From: Yuukianura sp. NJ FZ-2021
Taxonomy: Eukaryota
DNA: 64,000 nucleotides
Direction: 5' to 3'
Assembly (NCBI GenBank): GCA_046563655.1
Contig: CM102289.1
Coordinates: 6,634,001 to 6,698,000 of the forward strand
In this document: positions 13,701 to 24,223 of the stretch, piece by piece
Layout of the letters: each line of letters opens with the position of its first letter
How positions within the stretch are numbered: the first letter of the stretch is position 1
Program-made: the position numbers and the translations under genes
The notes under the pieces: model-generated
Database searches by the model: none
Seen by the model: the letters and a program-made list of their open reading frames with translations, nothing else
Told to the model about the DNA's origin: nothing

Positions 13701-16177
13701 ATTCCGGTTGTTGTCTTTGCTGAGCCATCGAAGACAACACGAAGTTTGGTAGTACTGGAAGTCTCCTTCAGTACAAAGTGATGAGGAAGATAATTAGTTT
13801 TCCCAATTTTCTCACCACACTCGGAGTCAGGAATTGGTTCCATGTGACCCAGTTCTTCGTATTGCTCCATGAAGCGATGGTACTCGGGTTTCAGATCCGG
13901 AAATTGCTTTAGTCGCTTCTCGAGATTATAGAATCTCCGTAATGCCATGGTTCTAGACCCACCTAAAATTTCAATCTTGGGATTAAATGGAAAACTTACT
14001 TGGAGTCTACCATCTTCTCCTTTAGTGTGAGTCTGAACAAAATGTGTTTCAGCATCATCTTCGTCTTTGGTGAGGTGAGGACGATTTGGTACATCCTCAA
14101 TTTCCCAAAACTTTGGAATTGGATCCTCGGTTACAATTTGGATGTGATGAGATGAGACAGACCTAGAAGGACAGTTAATTGGACCAGATACAACCCACCC
14201 GAATTTTGTTTCCTCAGCAATTGGTTGAGTAGGCGGTCCTTCCGATCTCTTCCCCGTTTTAAGGTAAGCGACAAACTCAGCACCCATCAGAATGTCAATG
14301 TCTCCTGGCTCCAGAAAATGGGGGTCAGCTAATCGCAGATTTGAGATGTGACTCCATTCCATTTTCTCACATTTGAATGAAGGAATTGTACCTGTAATCT
14401 TGTTAAGCACCAAAGCATTGACATTTACATGAAAATTAGTTACCCGAGAATTGACAATGAAATTTACCTCACCAAGTGCTTTACCGACACTTGCACCTGA
14501 CACTCCAGTAATTGAAACATTTGACTTAGTTTTGATTAAACCAAGTCGTTTGACACAATCATTTGTGATCATACTTGATTCAGAGCCCTGGTCAAGCAGA
14601 ACACGACATTGAACCAACTCACCATCAGAGTCCATGACGTCAACCACTGCCGTAGAGAGTAGGACTCTAGCAGACGATGATTGAAGTGAATTGGTTGTTG
14701 ACCCTTGAGATGAAGTTGACGGAGCAGTAGATTTGTTGTCATCTGATTTTTCAAAATGAAGCGTGGTGTGATGACGGCCTTTGCATTTTAGGCACCGGAA
14801 CTTTCCTTTGCAGTCCTTGCCCCAATGACCTGATTTTAAGCAGTTTATGCATAATGACTTACTTCCCACGAATTTTGAACGTTCCTCCGTTGACAATTTC
14901 AAATAATCCCCACATTTGTAGAGACCATGATCTGTGGACTGGCACATTGGGCATTTTCGCAGAGGTTGAGTTGGTCTGGAAGATTCAGTAGGCAATGATG
15001 ACACCGATTGATTTGATTCCGATACGGTAGGCTTGGATGCCACATTAGCCTTCTTCTCTGCTGGTTTTCCACCCTCTGAATTTGATTTGGTTGTTGTGGT
15101 GGTAGACGCAAGCAGACCTCTAACGTAATCTTCCAAAAATTCCATGACTTCTGCCAATTTTGGTACATTGGTCCCTTTGAGAGACTTTGCCCAGTCCCTT
15201 TTGCATTCTGGAGGGAGACGTTCCACTAGATGAAAAACTAAAATCGAATCCCAAGAATTCACAGGCTCCTTTAGATTTGATAAGGATCTGCAACACTCAT
15301 TGAAATTGTCAATTAGTTTCCTGAGATTCTGGGAATTCTCATTGGTGATTGGTTTTGTGCTCAGCAGTTGTTTGAGAATTGAGAACACAATTTCCCGGTT
15401 GTTCTCATATCTGGATTTCACCAAATTCCATGCTTCTTCAAAATTGTTGTTTGTACTGCTGAAGTTGCGAATGATTAGTTCAGCCTCGCCCTTGAGAGTA
15501 GGTTTGAGGTAGCCGAACTTCTCACATCCCGAGAGTTGATTGTTTTCAACGATGTAAGTGGTTATGAGATCACGGTAGGCTGGCCACTTCTCATACCTTC
15601 CATCAAATGTGGGTAGTTCAAGTTTTGGTAGCTTGACCCTTGACCCAGCAGTGGCAGAGGCGGCAGCTTGTGACTCAATTGAATACAAGACATCATTGAT
15701 TTGGTCAATCATTTCGTTGCTCACGTTAGCAGCAGTAGCTTGAGCCATGACTTGAGCATCGTTCTGACAGCAGGCGAAGAGAGACGAACTCAACTCGGAG
15801 AGAGACGACTCCAGTTTGGTTAGTTTTCTTCTGTCGGAAGCGATGACTGATTTTGTGGCCTTACTCGGGTCATCTGCATATTCAGTGACCTTGTTGAAGA
15901 GGAATTGAATGTTGATATCGAGTCCCTTGTGCATCATGCGTAGTCTGGTCATTTCAGGATCTATCGTTGGAATAGCGATTGATTTGGAGGATGATGCAGA
16001 CTCGGTAGGTTTCGACTTAGTAGCGACTGGTACGGGGATTCGTGGAGCAGTAGGTGGATTGACTTCAGTTGACACTGGTGGTGTCACCGGATCCTCCTCG
16101 GTTTGAGATCTAAGTTTTGATTTAGACCGAGTCTCCATTCCTTCTGTATTGTTGTCTGACATACTGAAAATACTCAC
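10769..16177 (-). CDS. BEL/Pao gag-pol polyprotein, 1802 aa
   Basis: DUF1759-like KLPKLELPTFDG, Cys/His knuckles, protease LLDQGS, RT YVDD, Pao RNase H FSDGSESAY, integrase (GLDFGGP...SDCGSNF...WE) and C-terminal DUF5641-like region, in the order PR-RT-RH-IN. Confidence 0.97.
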   Translation of the reverse strand: MSIFSMSDNNTEGMETRSKSKLRSQTEEDPVTPPVSTEVNPPTAPRIPVPVATKSKPTESASSSKSIAIPTIDPEMTRLRMMHKGLDINIQFLFNKVTEYADDPSKATKSVIASDRRKLTKLESSLSELSSSLFACCQNDAQVMAQATAANVSNEMIDQINDVLYSIESQAAASATAGSRVKLPKLELPTFDGRYEKWPAYRDLITTYIVENNQLSGCEKFGYLKPTLKGEAELIIRNFSSTNNNFEEAWNLVKSRYENNREIVFSILKQLLSTKPITNENSQNLRKLIDNFNECCRSLSNLKEPVNSWDSILVFHLVERLPPECKRDWAKSLKGTNVPKLAEVMEFLEDYVRGLLASTTTTTKSNSEGGKPAEKKANVASKPTVSESNQSVSSLPTESSRPTQPLRKCPMCQSTDHGLYKCGDYLKLSTEERSKFVGSKSLCINCLKSGHWGKDCKGKFRCLKCKGRHHTTLHFEKSDDNKSTAPSTSSQGSTTNSLQSSSARVLLSTAVVDVMDSDGELVQCRVLLDQGSESSMITNDCVKRLGLIKTKSNVSITGVSGASVGKALGEVNFIVNSRVTNFHVNVNALVLNKITGTIPSFKCEKMEWSHISNLRLADPHFLEPGDIDILMGAEFVAYLKTGKRSEGPPTQPIAEETKFGWVVSGPINCPSRSVSSHHIQIVTEDPIPKFWEIEDVPNRPHLTKDEDDAETHFVQTHTKGEDGRLQVSFPFNPKIEILGGSRTMALRRFYNLEKRLKQFPDLKPEYHRFMEQYEELGHMEPIPDSECGEKIGKTNYLPHHFVLKETSSTTKLRVVFDGSAKTTTGITFNECQLVGPTVQKDIFAHLINFRSDPIALKADITKMYRQFGISKSHQDYQRIFWRTSESEPVKEYRLKTVTYGTSSAPFLAVRCLNEIANSNSQAFPKGAEVLRERFYVDDLLGNAKSTAEGVQIYNELSKLLESSSIEIRQWDSNDSELLNFIPENLRGKNPNVKSDSNHVRALGVCWNSTDDVFHFSGYTPVAEEKATKRSVLSSMSRVFDPLGMLSPFTVSIKLYFQKLWTPVETDGKSHILTWDQEIPRALLQPWIDFEQGVKLIENVRIPRFLFLGTAEFVELHGFSDGSESAYCAVVYARSIRGNEIYTNIIAAKTKVAPIKQISIPRLELCGALLLTRLMTQVTEALKIQCPITCWSDSEIVLHWLRNRSRKFKTFVANRISEIQDVLPAESWRFIPGKINPADLGTRGIPAEELINSNLWFKGPSFLCESVKLPNFESGEVSEPDLELKGEKVMVNLGLINSSMFERFSNVIRLKRAMAYVLRFISNCRNSKTGNRLTGPLSATEIHHGFIISIREAQRECYDKEIKKLKVGRELSNRSQLSYLSPFLDKDGILRVGGRLKNSQEPEEKKHQMILFGNHHLTKLIIWNYHIKLHHASYQLLWSSLRQQFWIIRARVTVRQQLHQCIKCKRLRAKTYSQLMGNLPKPRVTPSPPFSHTGLDFGGPMKASETKGRGKKQFDVYFCVFICFSTKAVHIEPVTGLDTETFIGTLKRFVARRGLPTAIYSDCGSNFVGAKNEMSEWVSLLEKSNDEISDFLGNQGIEWRLNPPNAPHMGGLWEACVKSTKFHLKRTVGTQCLTLEEFYTILAMIESVLNSRPLYAMSDDPDDFQVLTPGHFLIGRPLTAIPEPSLLHLKENRLSRWQHVQFILEHFWKKWSTEYVHTLQERRKWNSPTENVKIGELVLLKDDNHPPLKWKMARVTAVFPGNDDLVRTVEVKYTTFDEKTKKPKLHTFKRPIVKICPLLSPDP

Positions 16178-16280
16178 TCAAATGGCGAAACTTAAGCACA
16201 CCTACAACCTTTAATGTTAGGTCAATTGATTTACGCTCGTTAGATACTGATACCAGTTACCAAAGATCCAACGAACCGTC

Positions 16281-16291
16281 TTTCGGCACCA
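16281..16291 (-). other. Primer-binding site complementary to the tRNA-Phe 3' end (TGGTGCCGAAA)
   Basis: Immediately internal to the 5' LTR; matches the known tRNA-Phe PBS start TGGTGCCGAAA. Confidence 0.8.
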
Positions 16292-16916
16292 TGTAGTTGA
16301 TCGCGGCCATAAGATGTGCAGAATTCAAGTGAGAATGGATTTGAAATGACGTGAATGATGATGAGACCAATCCAGTAATGTCAAATAAAGCCAATTAGTT
16401 TAATTAAATACTTAATAATGAAACAATTAATTGAAAGTTGAATTGAAAAGATTGAATTGAATTGGTAGAAGATTCTAAGACTGATTGATTTCTAAGACTT
16501 ATTGAATTGTTAGATGTTAACCGTTACTACTGTATGTGTATTGTATTGCTTATGCTATGTCTAAAGACGTGGAGCTGACGTGGAGGAATAGGCGGAGCAA
16601 GTAATACGCATGACTGAGCTCCTGCTCTTTCCACTTCTTAATACTAAACTTAAATACTATAGGAGAAGTGTTGACTTGAGAGAGAGAGAGTGTTGAGTTT
16701 TGGGAAGAGCGTTAACATACATTGAAATTGAGAGTGGACTTAACGCTATCTTCTCACTTAACCCTTTACTTTCCCACTATGGGTGAACTGTTAGCTCTCT
16801 TCTAGTGCTGAGTGATGCTCATCTCATCTCAGTCACTTTAGGTTTAATTCTATTTCTAGTTCTAAAGTTTAGGTGAAATTTAAAGTGAAAATAATTCTGA
16901 CGCTAACGCCAGAACA
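16292..16916 (-). repeat. 5' LTR (625 bp)
   Basis: Direct repeat of 9730-10354. Confidence 0.95.
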
Positions 16917-17028
16917 GTTAATTTTTGAAGATCCTAAAACCTCATTGTTTCACTGTTATAGTTTCGAATTTTATTTTTTTGAAACCTTGTTTCACAATAG
17001 TTTTATCTCTACTGGCACAAAGAGCCAC

Positions 17029-18294
17029 TTAACCATGAAATCCTTGAAAAATGCTAGTAAATTCAAATTCCGATTGTGCAATTCCACTGCAGTAAGGTGA
17101 CACGGCACCGCCTGGGCAACCACCGTTGTCTCTTTCAGCCGACCAAAACGCCAACAATCCACTACAACATAAAACCAGTTTTCAATTTTGCAGAAAATTT
17201 TTAAAATCATAACTTTGCTTCTATATGTAAGTTAACGACTCACATTTTGTTATCGTTTGCCCAGTTGATGAATCTATGTGCAATGTCTTGCGTAAACTCC
17301 CGTCCGTTATAGTTTCGACCAATCATTGGCGTTCCACCGTACATTTTATGAATTTGTTCTTCAGTTTTTTCAGGCCAGATTTCCTTCATTTGGCGAATTA
17401 CCGAGAGAGAAGCGTTGATGACAGCGTTGCCCCAATCATCATCCGTTGACCAGAATTCCATCAACATAGCATTCACTGTACACACACACAAATCAATTCA
17501 AATCTTTCGCGCTAAAATTTAAAAACGTTTTTAGTTTACCCGTTCCAACATCAACTCCACTGGCTTTAGCATGGATCAAAAGATCAACGCCAAGGGCTGG
17601 AGTGAGGCCGAAATCGTCACTTTGTACCATCAGAGTGAAGCTGACAACAGTTCCTGGTCTTTCGGCTTGGAGTTGTGCTAATGCTGGATTCATTTTGTCA
17701 AAGTCAACTGTCGTTTCAACATCAATGTCAATGTAGTCTGTTCCTACAGTATCCAAAACGTATTTGTAGGCTTGCGCGAGGTCATGTGATGTGGCACATG
17801 AGTGCTCAATATAGGGTCCTAGCGTTCAAAAATATTAAATGCAACTTGTTTCAAAATTTTGGAAATTTTTATTTTTATTAAAATTCTGAAAGTTGATTGC
17901 CGGGCTTACCAAGAGCTCCGCCGGTTGCAACAATCATCACACCTCCTTCCGCTTGAACAGCCTTCAAACAGCACGTTTTTTAAGTTTCATAAAAATTTGA
18001 TAAGAAAAAATTTTTGGTTTATATTTTTAACGCTCTTACCTTGACGTAATCCATAACTGCAGGATCATCCAGTGGATACCGAGCTCCCCACATAGGGATA
18101 CAATCACCTCCTAAGGCAAATGCGAGATGGAAGTGCTTCTGACCACTTTTGGCAAAAATGTCTGTCAGGTTATATGCACGTCCCTCAAGAAACGTGTCAT
18201 AGTACGGTGCAAATGGTGGTCCAGCGGCGACAGACTCATGAATTTGTGCACCTAAGTAAAGGCAGACAAACAGCAATGTTTTGCCAAGCGCCAT
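17029..18294 (-). CDS. Secreted GH18 chitinase of the prokaryotic PF-ChiA-like type, intron-containing
   Basis: Signal peptide; FAPYYD, HFHLAF, ATGGA, catalytic YIDIDVE (DxDxE), VSFTL, VNAMLMEF, GTPMIGRN; last exon 17161-17029 reads LLAFWSAERDNGGCPGGAVSPYCSGIAQSEFEFT. Confidence 0.88.
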
Positions 18295-19043
18295 TTTTTA
18301 AAGCAAATTTGCTTAATTGAGTTAAAACTCTTTTGCTTTATGGCTTCAAATATTTTTATAATAAAAACTACAGAGTAGGTTTTTGCACGCATCGCAATAT
18401 TATCAGTTTATTTTTAAGGTTAGTGATTAAAACATCAAGATATTGAAAAGTTTGGATAAATTTGTTAGTAATTTTTGTGAAGTGATTTTAATTCCGCGAA
18501 ATTTTCAAGTACTTGTTCGCACAAGCTCATTCTATGAAAAATTACTGACTATGCTGTTTTTAGATAAAAAAAACTATGTTAACTCAAAAGTTTTTAGATT
18601 AATTTTGTTTTTTTATGCTTATGTACTTGTTGATGACGAAAATTGTGGAGTGTTTCAAAACACTTTACTTTAACTACAAGTAAATGTAAAACAAAAGATT
18701 TGTATTCGGCCTTGGCATTTTGGGTAACATGAAGAATGTGTTACACACTTCAAAGAGTCGTCAATTGGTGAAATTAAGTTTTCTACGATTTGTGGCTTTG
18801 TCGTATAACTTGTTGAAGTATGTTTTCCTTCAGAATGAGTTTCCAAGGAACAGGAAGTTGAAATTTGAAGAAAATGGGCAATTAGAGAGATTAATTAGCA
18901 CTTGATATAAAACCACTTTCATCTTTTGCATTCGCTGTATGTGGAGGTTATAACATTTCCAAGATTTCAAACTCATTCTCCGAAAACAACTCAAAAGCTT
19001 AAAAACCAAAAACAAGCAGTGTCAATTTTCGAGTTTTAAAACA

Positions 19044-19368
19044 ATGAAGTGCTCTATTGCTGCTATTCTGCTCTTGGTTGTTTTAGGAGTCTTTTTGGAA
19101 TCAAGCGAAGCAGGTCAGGTCACACCAAGTATTAATTATAAGATAATTTTTAGCCTTTTTAGTTTATAAAACCTAACTTTTGTTAATATTACAAACGTTT
19201 TCAACTATTTTCTATTTTTATTTAGTGAAATCTGGTCATTGTCCAACTTTAAAACTCAAGCGCAGTATTCCCACAATTCAACGTTGCACGAATGACCATC
19301 AGTGTATCGGAATGCAAAAGTGTTGTAGCCATCGCTGTTCGAATCCTGCTGTACAACTTGAAGGATGA
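19044..19368 (+). CDS. Small secreted WAP-like cysteine peptide (2 exons)
   Basis: Signal MKCSIAAILLLVVLGVFLESSEA; mature part KSGHCP...RCTNDHQCIGMQKCCSHRCSNP resembles the WAP KxGxCP...CxxDxxCxGxxKCC pattern. Confidence 0.7.
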
Positions 19369-19752
19369 TCACTCACGTGAACTTTGACCTTCTGCGTTAG
19401 CTTTACGCATGACCTTTACGATTAACTGCAATAAAGTTCACTTTTTACATTTGTTGACTATCTAAGCAGAAATTTCATTTTTTGTTAACACACAATGTGC
19501 ATATCAGCGTTAAAAAATTCAATTTGGTGTATGAAAAGTCCGCGGTCTTTCTTGATTTCCGTTCCTGATTGCTAACGGCTCATCCAATTACGGAAGTCTT
19601 GTTAAATTAATGCGAACATAAATGTAAATCCGGATCTACTTTTTCCTGATATATAAAAGCTGGAAAGAGCAATTTCTCACAATTTCAGTACAATAAAGAA
19701 ACCACCGCAAAATTTTGAAGTCGTGAATTTTGAGTAGTTCATAAGTTTGAAA

Positions 19753-20226
19753 ATGCCGCGAAACTGGAACGTTCCGTTGACTGAAGCCGAAATTCGAGAT
19801 ATGCAAGTCAAATTTCGTTCTATGCCGACATACAGGCCAACAGGACATATTTACTCCAAGGACTTGATCAAGTACTTTGAAGCTATTGAGTATCCACGAT
19901 CAGCCAAACAAATGGCAGCATACAAAGCATATATGGACAAAGTCTACGGAGGAATAATCACAGAAGATATCATGGTGGATGCTGCCAAAAGAATCCACAG
20001 TTCCGCTGCTATTGCGCGATACAGAGCAGAACAGTGTGACCTGGACGGAAACGGATTCATTTCTGCTGAAGAGTTTCGAGAGCTAATTGACCTCATGGTC
20101 ATTCATGACCCTACGTTTCCATCTATCAACTTTGAACAATTTGTCAAACAAGCGGATACTGACAAAGACGGTAAAGTAAGTATCGAGGAATGTGCTAAAT
20201 GGATCGAAGCAAATTCACATTCTTGA
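19753..20226 (+). CDS. Intronless EF-hand calcium-binding (calmodulin-like) protein
   Basis: Two canonical EF loops, DLDGNGFISAEE and DTDKDGKVSIEE; N-lobe degenerate; TATA-like tatataaaag near 19650. Confidence 0.85.
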   Translation: MPRNWNVPLTEAEIRDMQVKFRSMPTYRPTGHIYSKDLIKYFEAIEYPRSAKQMAAYKAYMDKVYGGIITEDIMVDAAKRIHSSAAIARYRAEQCDLDGNGFISAEEFRELIDLMVIHDPTFPSINFEQFVKQADTDKDGKVSIEECAKWIEANSHS

Positions 20227-20353
20227 AATTAGTTGAAATTTCAGAAACGTAAATTTTTAAAATTGGCCTTATGTTTCAACATCAGTTTAGAAATTGGAAG
20301 AATAAAAAGTGTAACAAAAAACAAAGTTTTTCTATATTGTAATTAAAATGTTT

Positions 20354-22326
20354 TTAGTGCAAAATAACATAAAGGAGAAGAGGAATGAAAAATGATGCTG
20401 AGCATTTCAATGTGGTTCCACCGTTAAGACTTCCGTAACCTCCGAGTTCATTTGCAATTTCGGACACGAGCAGCTCTGCTTTGTCTTCATCAAGGATAAA
20501 GTGCTATTTAAAAAAAAACAAATTTCAAAAGCGTTGTTTGAATTTAACAACTTTTTTTTTTGTAAAAGGAGAAGTAAAAAATTTTTTAAAGCGAAACTTT
20601 CGGAACTTACATCGTCGTTCCAAAAAATTGGGAAAACGATTGGTTGAAAATTGATATTTTGAAAGTAGTTTAAGTTTTTGTAGTGTTCAAGCTGTATGTT
20701 CCACTGGAATCTCCGGGAGTACTCAATGACGACGCCCAATCTCTACAAAGTAAAAAATTTTGAAATGTAAAAAGTTTTTGAAACAAAAAGTTTTCTGGGG
20801 ATTTTGGCTAACCGGTTGGACAACCATGGTTGTTTGGTCACGAACGCTTGGTTCAATTCCTTCAACAGCCTTTACGTACGATACGTCAGCTTGATAAAAG
20901 TGAGCCAGTGACATTATATACGGAGCGCCTAATTCAAAGGCAACATTTTTTCAAAAGTTTTCAAAAATTCAAAAAATTTAAATTTCTAACCATCGCGACA
21001 AGTAGAAACATCGAGCAGTCCTGATTTGTAACAACGTTCAGCATTCTTTTCTGAGTCTTTACAAAAACACCGATTTTCCGTCACACGATTCGGATCGCTC
21101 AAAATGGTTGAGCTCAAAACGTAGTTGTATGTTGGTACAATGGACTCAAAGGTAGAATAGTGGTCAAAAATAAAATCAATGGAACGACACAAGTCAATGT
21201 CCAGGATTTGGACCGGTTCGGTATTTGAAACAAACGGCGGCAAAACAGTACCGTCAGTACCATTGATATCGTCACAAGTAGAACCGTACCAATATGGCAG
21301 CTCAGCATTTCCATCCCAAGTCAAAATATTACCAAAATTTGATTTGTCTTTCAAACCCGAATTGACTGTGAATGGTCCTTCATTGGCTCCGCGTTTCTAT
21401 TGAAAAATGGAAATTCAAATTTTCAACTTTTTTTGGTTTAAATTTTAAAATTACCAGTTTTAGGACACCGTAGCGACCAGATTGAAATTCGTCAGCAAGT
21501 GGAGAAGGCGTCAACTGCAAAACTGGCAACAGTGGAATGTAATTCTTGATATCAATCCCATCAAATAGAAGGTCGCCCACTCTGACTTTGCGCTTGACAA
21601 GCCCCTCCCCCTTTGAAACCAAAGTGTTCACTGCCTGGTTACCAGCAGTTCCTCTTTCGCTGGCAAATTTGCTAAAAATCTTCAAATCAAAACTGAATTT
21701 ACAATTTTGAAAACTTAATTATCAATTTTTTTTGAAAAAGATTGCATACAATAAACGGAACGTTAAGAGTTGTTACGACGTCGTTTTCGGTTCCGTTCGA
21801 TTGGTTAGGATCAAACGCGTAAGTAAAATTCCGTTGGAAGTTAACCGTCAAATCCAGATTCACAGAAACATTGAACTTGACGCGATGTTCTCTAAACAAA
21901 TTTTTGAAATTGAGCAAAAATTGATTAAATAGTCAGTTTTTTTCAAAATTTTGAACTCTTACACATAAGCGTACGGCCCCATTTCCCGAAAAATAGGTTT
22001 AGCACCACGCTCAAATTCATCAGGATTAGTCAAGTTGAAGACATGAATGCTAAACACATGTGTTCCAGGAACTACGTCCCACACTTCCCATTTCCATCTG
22101 CTTTGAAGTCGATCTTGAACTACAGGCTGAAAATTTTAACCAAACAAACACTTTTCAAAAAGAATTCTTAAATATGTACTATTTTCCAGATCCATTGTTC
22201 TAAAATTCTACTTACACTTTCTACAATATCGTTCAAAAATCCTTTCGGAAAGCCGCCGGTTGCAAAAGCAATTTCTGCAACAGCAATCAACTGGAAACAT
22301 TTGACAAAAATTTGAACAGTTGCCAT
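20354..22326 (-). CDS. CD36 / scavenger receptor class B family protein (multi-exon)
   Basis: VFNLTNPDEF, REMGPYAY, NGTENDVVTTLNVP, CDDINGTDGT, DLCRS, ENRCFC, GLLDVSTC, SLAHFY, VFPIFW. Confidence 0.9.
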
Positions 22327-22778
22327 TGTACAGCACACTCAAAATCTCAACTGAACCTGCATGTGGAAAACGCTAAAACCTAGTGACTAATTGTTGTTCC
22401 TAAGTTAGTTTTTTCCAAGGAGAAGTAGACAATTAGACCGTAAATTACCAATTTTAAGACCAGTTTAAACTGACAGCAATGTAGAGGCTAATTTGAGTTA
22501 CAAAAATTAAACTTTACTCATAAACGCATTCCTTCCCAAAAAGTACAACGAAAGCATCTCAATACCTGGAAGTGTTTTATGTTTTGCAAAGTCACGGCAT
22601 CTTTAAAAACCAAAAGCTTTCATATTACTGTTTCTGCATGTTATAAGAATGCGCTAACAAAAGTTCCAGAGATGAGAAACATACCTGGTTCAGCTTCGAA
22701 TATGATGAAAAATGGAGTCAAAAAGTTTTTTGCAATGCGAAATCTGTTTTCTTGCTAAAAATTTGGTTCCATGTGATT

Positions 22779-22940
22779 TGGTCAGAAAGTGAAAAGATCA
22801 AAAGTGAAATGATCAGAAAAAAAAGGTCAGAAAGGGAAGGAACGTAACCAAACCTAACCTGAGATCTTTTGAATTCTGACCTTTTCACTTCTGATCATTT
22901 CACTTCTGACCAAATATTTCTGATCATTTCACCTGCTACG
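22779..22940. repeat. Foldback/MITE-like element built from short GGTCAGAA/AAGTGAAA subrepeats in inverted arrangement
   Basis: ggtcagaaagtgaaaagatcaaaagtgaaatgatcagaa is mirrored by ttctgaccttttcacttctgatcatttcacttctgacc. Confidence 0.55.
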
Positions 22941-23166
22941 AAAAATTTCAGGAAGTGGAACATATCAAATGCGGCATTTTGGCATCGATTCAAACCATAA
23001 ACAAAAAACGGCTAAAATTAGTTCTTCTTAGAACAAAAACGATTCATGAAACGCAGATTTTATTTTCAGTGTACATTTTTAGAAAAAGTAGAGCACACAC
23101 AAGTTGGAAACAACAAATTCTATTGAGCTTGTTTTTCGTAATAAAGATCTTTGTTAACAGCTAATA

Positions 23167-23693
23167 ATGTCAACGGTATTTAATTTCAAGTTGCTTTGTT
23201 TTCTTCTGGTTGTAACGTTGACTTTAATTAACGTTACAAACACAGCGGGTGGTAAGTTACGTTCTGATTCTAAAAACGAAGGATTTAGAAAACGAAGACT
23301 TTAAAAATTTAAGTCGACTTTTTGTTGGTTTAAAAACTTTGAATTTTTGATTTGCCAGCGGCCGCAGCAGCAGCTCCCAAGAAATGTGCCAATTCTTGTG
23401 CGCACTGTCAAGAACTGTGTGCAGCGTTGGGAACAACTTCATACAATTGCAACGCAGCAATCAAAGACGTATGTCGCTGCAGCACAACTCCCAATCCAAC
23501 CTTGATTGACCTTTGGTAAGCAAGCGACGCAAGCTTAAGATTTTTCGACTCAAAATTTTGAATTCGAATTTGTAAATAATTTAGTAAGCCGACTGGAAAG
23601 AAGCCTGGTGCCGCGTCCTTGTTTGCACCAAAATCGCAAATTATCGGAGGAATGACAATGGCCACACTCATCGCTGCATTTTTCCCAATGTAA
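23167..23693 (+). CDS. Small secreted, probably GPI-anchored protein with one 8-Cys defensin-like module (3 exons)
   Basis: Signal MSTVFNFKLLCFLLVVTLTLINVTNT; CANSCAHCQELC...NC...CRC...C; hydrophobic C-terminal tail IIGGMTMATLIAAFFPM-stop. Confidence 0.75.
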
Positions 23694-24223
23694 ACAGTAA
23701 TAGATTCAACAACGAATCTTCTAAAATGGTGCTAATATTTTCCCCTCTTTTCAAGAATTAGTTATGTATTTAAACTAAGAAGGACTCGAATTCTGGATTT
23801 GAAAAACATAATCTCAAGTTTAACTCATCAGTCGTTAAGCAAATCTAACTTGATGACATGAATAAAACGAAATGCAAAAAACAAGCTTCGAAAAAAAATA
23901 CACGACAACCTCAAGCCGCAAAAAAACTTACACATGTACTTCTGAAATATACTTTTAAAAATTAAGGACAACCGAAGGAATTGCAGAAAATTAGTTAGTG
24001 CCTTTTCCGTGAAGCTTGGCAGTGGTTAATTAGAGACACAATTAAACTAAAAATTAGTTCAAAACTTAACGTAATATAGTCAACTCGAAGTAGAATATTG
24101 AAGTGGAATACTTTTATAAAGTTGCGTCATTCCTCAATAAGCTGGGATCGACTCCATATTATTTTCACTAATTTTTCAAAATTGTCGAATTTTGAAATTC
24201 CTCAAGGAAAATTGTCGAAAAGG

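Larger units (their letters stand above)
9730..16916 (-). mobile_element. Full-length BEL/Pao LTR retrotransposon
   Basis: Two 625-bp TG...CA LTRs, 5-bp TSD GTTAA (9725-9729 and 16917-16921), PBS, PPT and a single gag-pol ORF. Confidence 0.97.

Noticed and set aside
11319..16106. Small ORFs overlapping the gag-pol gene
   Set aside because: Antisense or alternative-frame shadows of the long polyprotein ORF.
17029..18294. Bacterial contamination as the source of the chitinase (and pRiA4b-like) genes
   Set aside because: Both contain frame-preserving spliceosomal introns and sit among animal genes.
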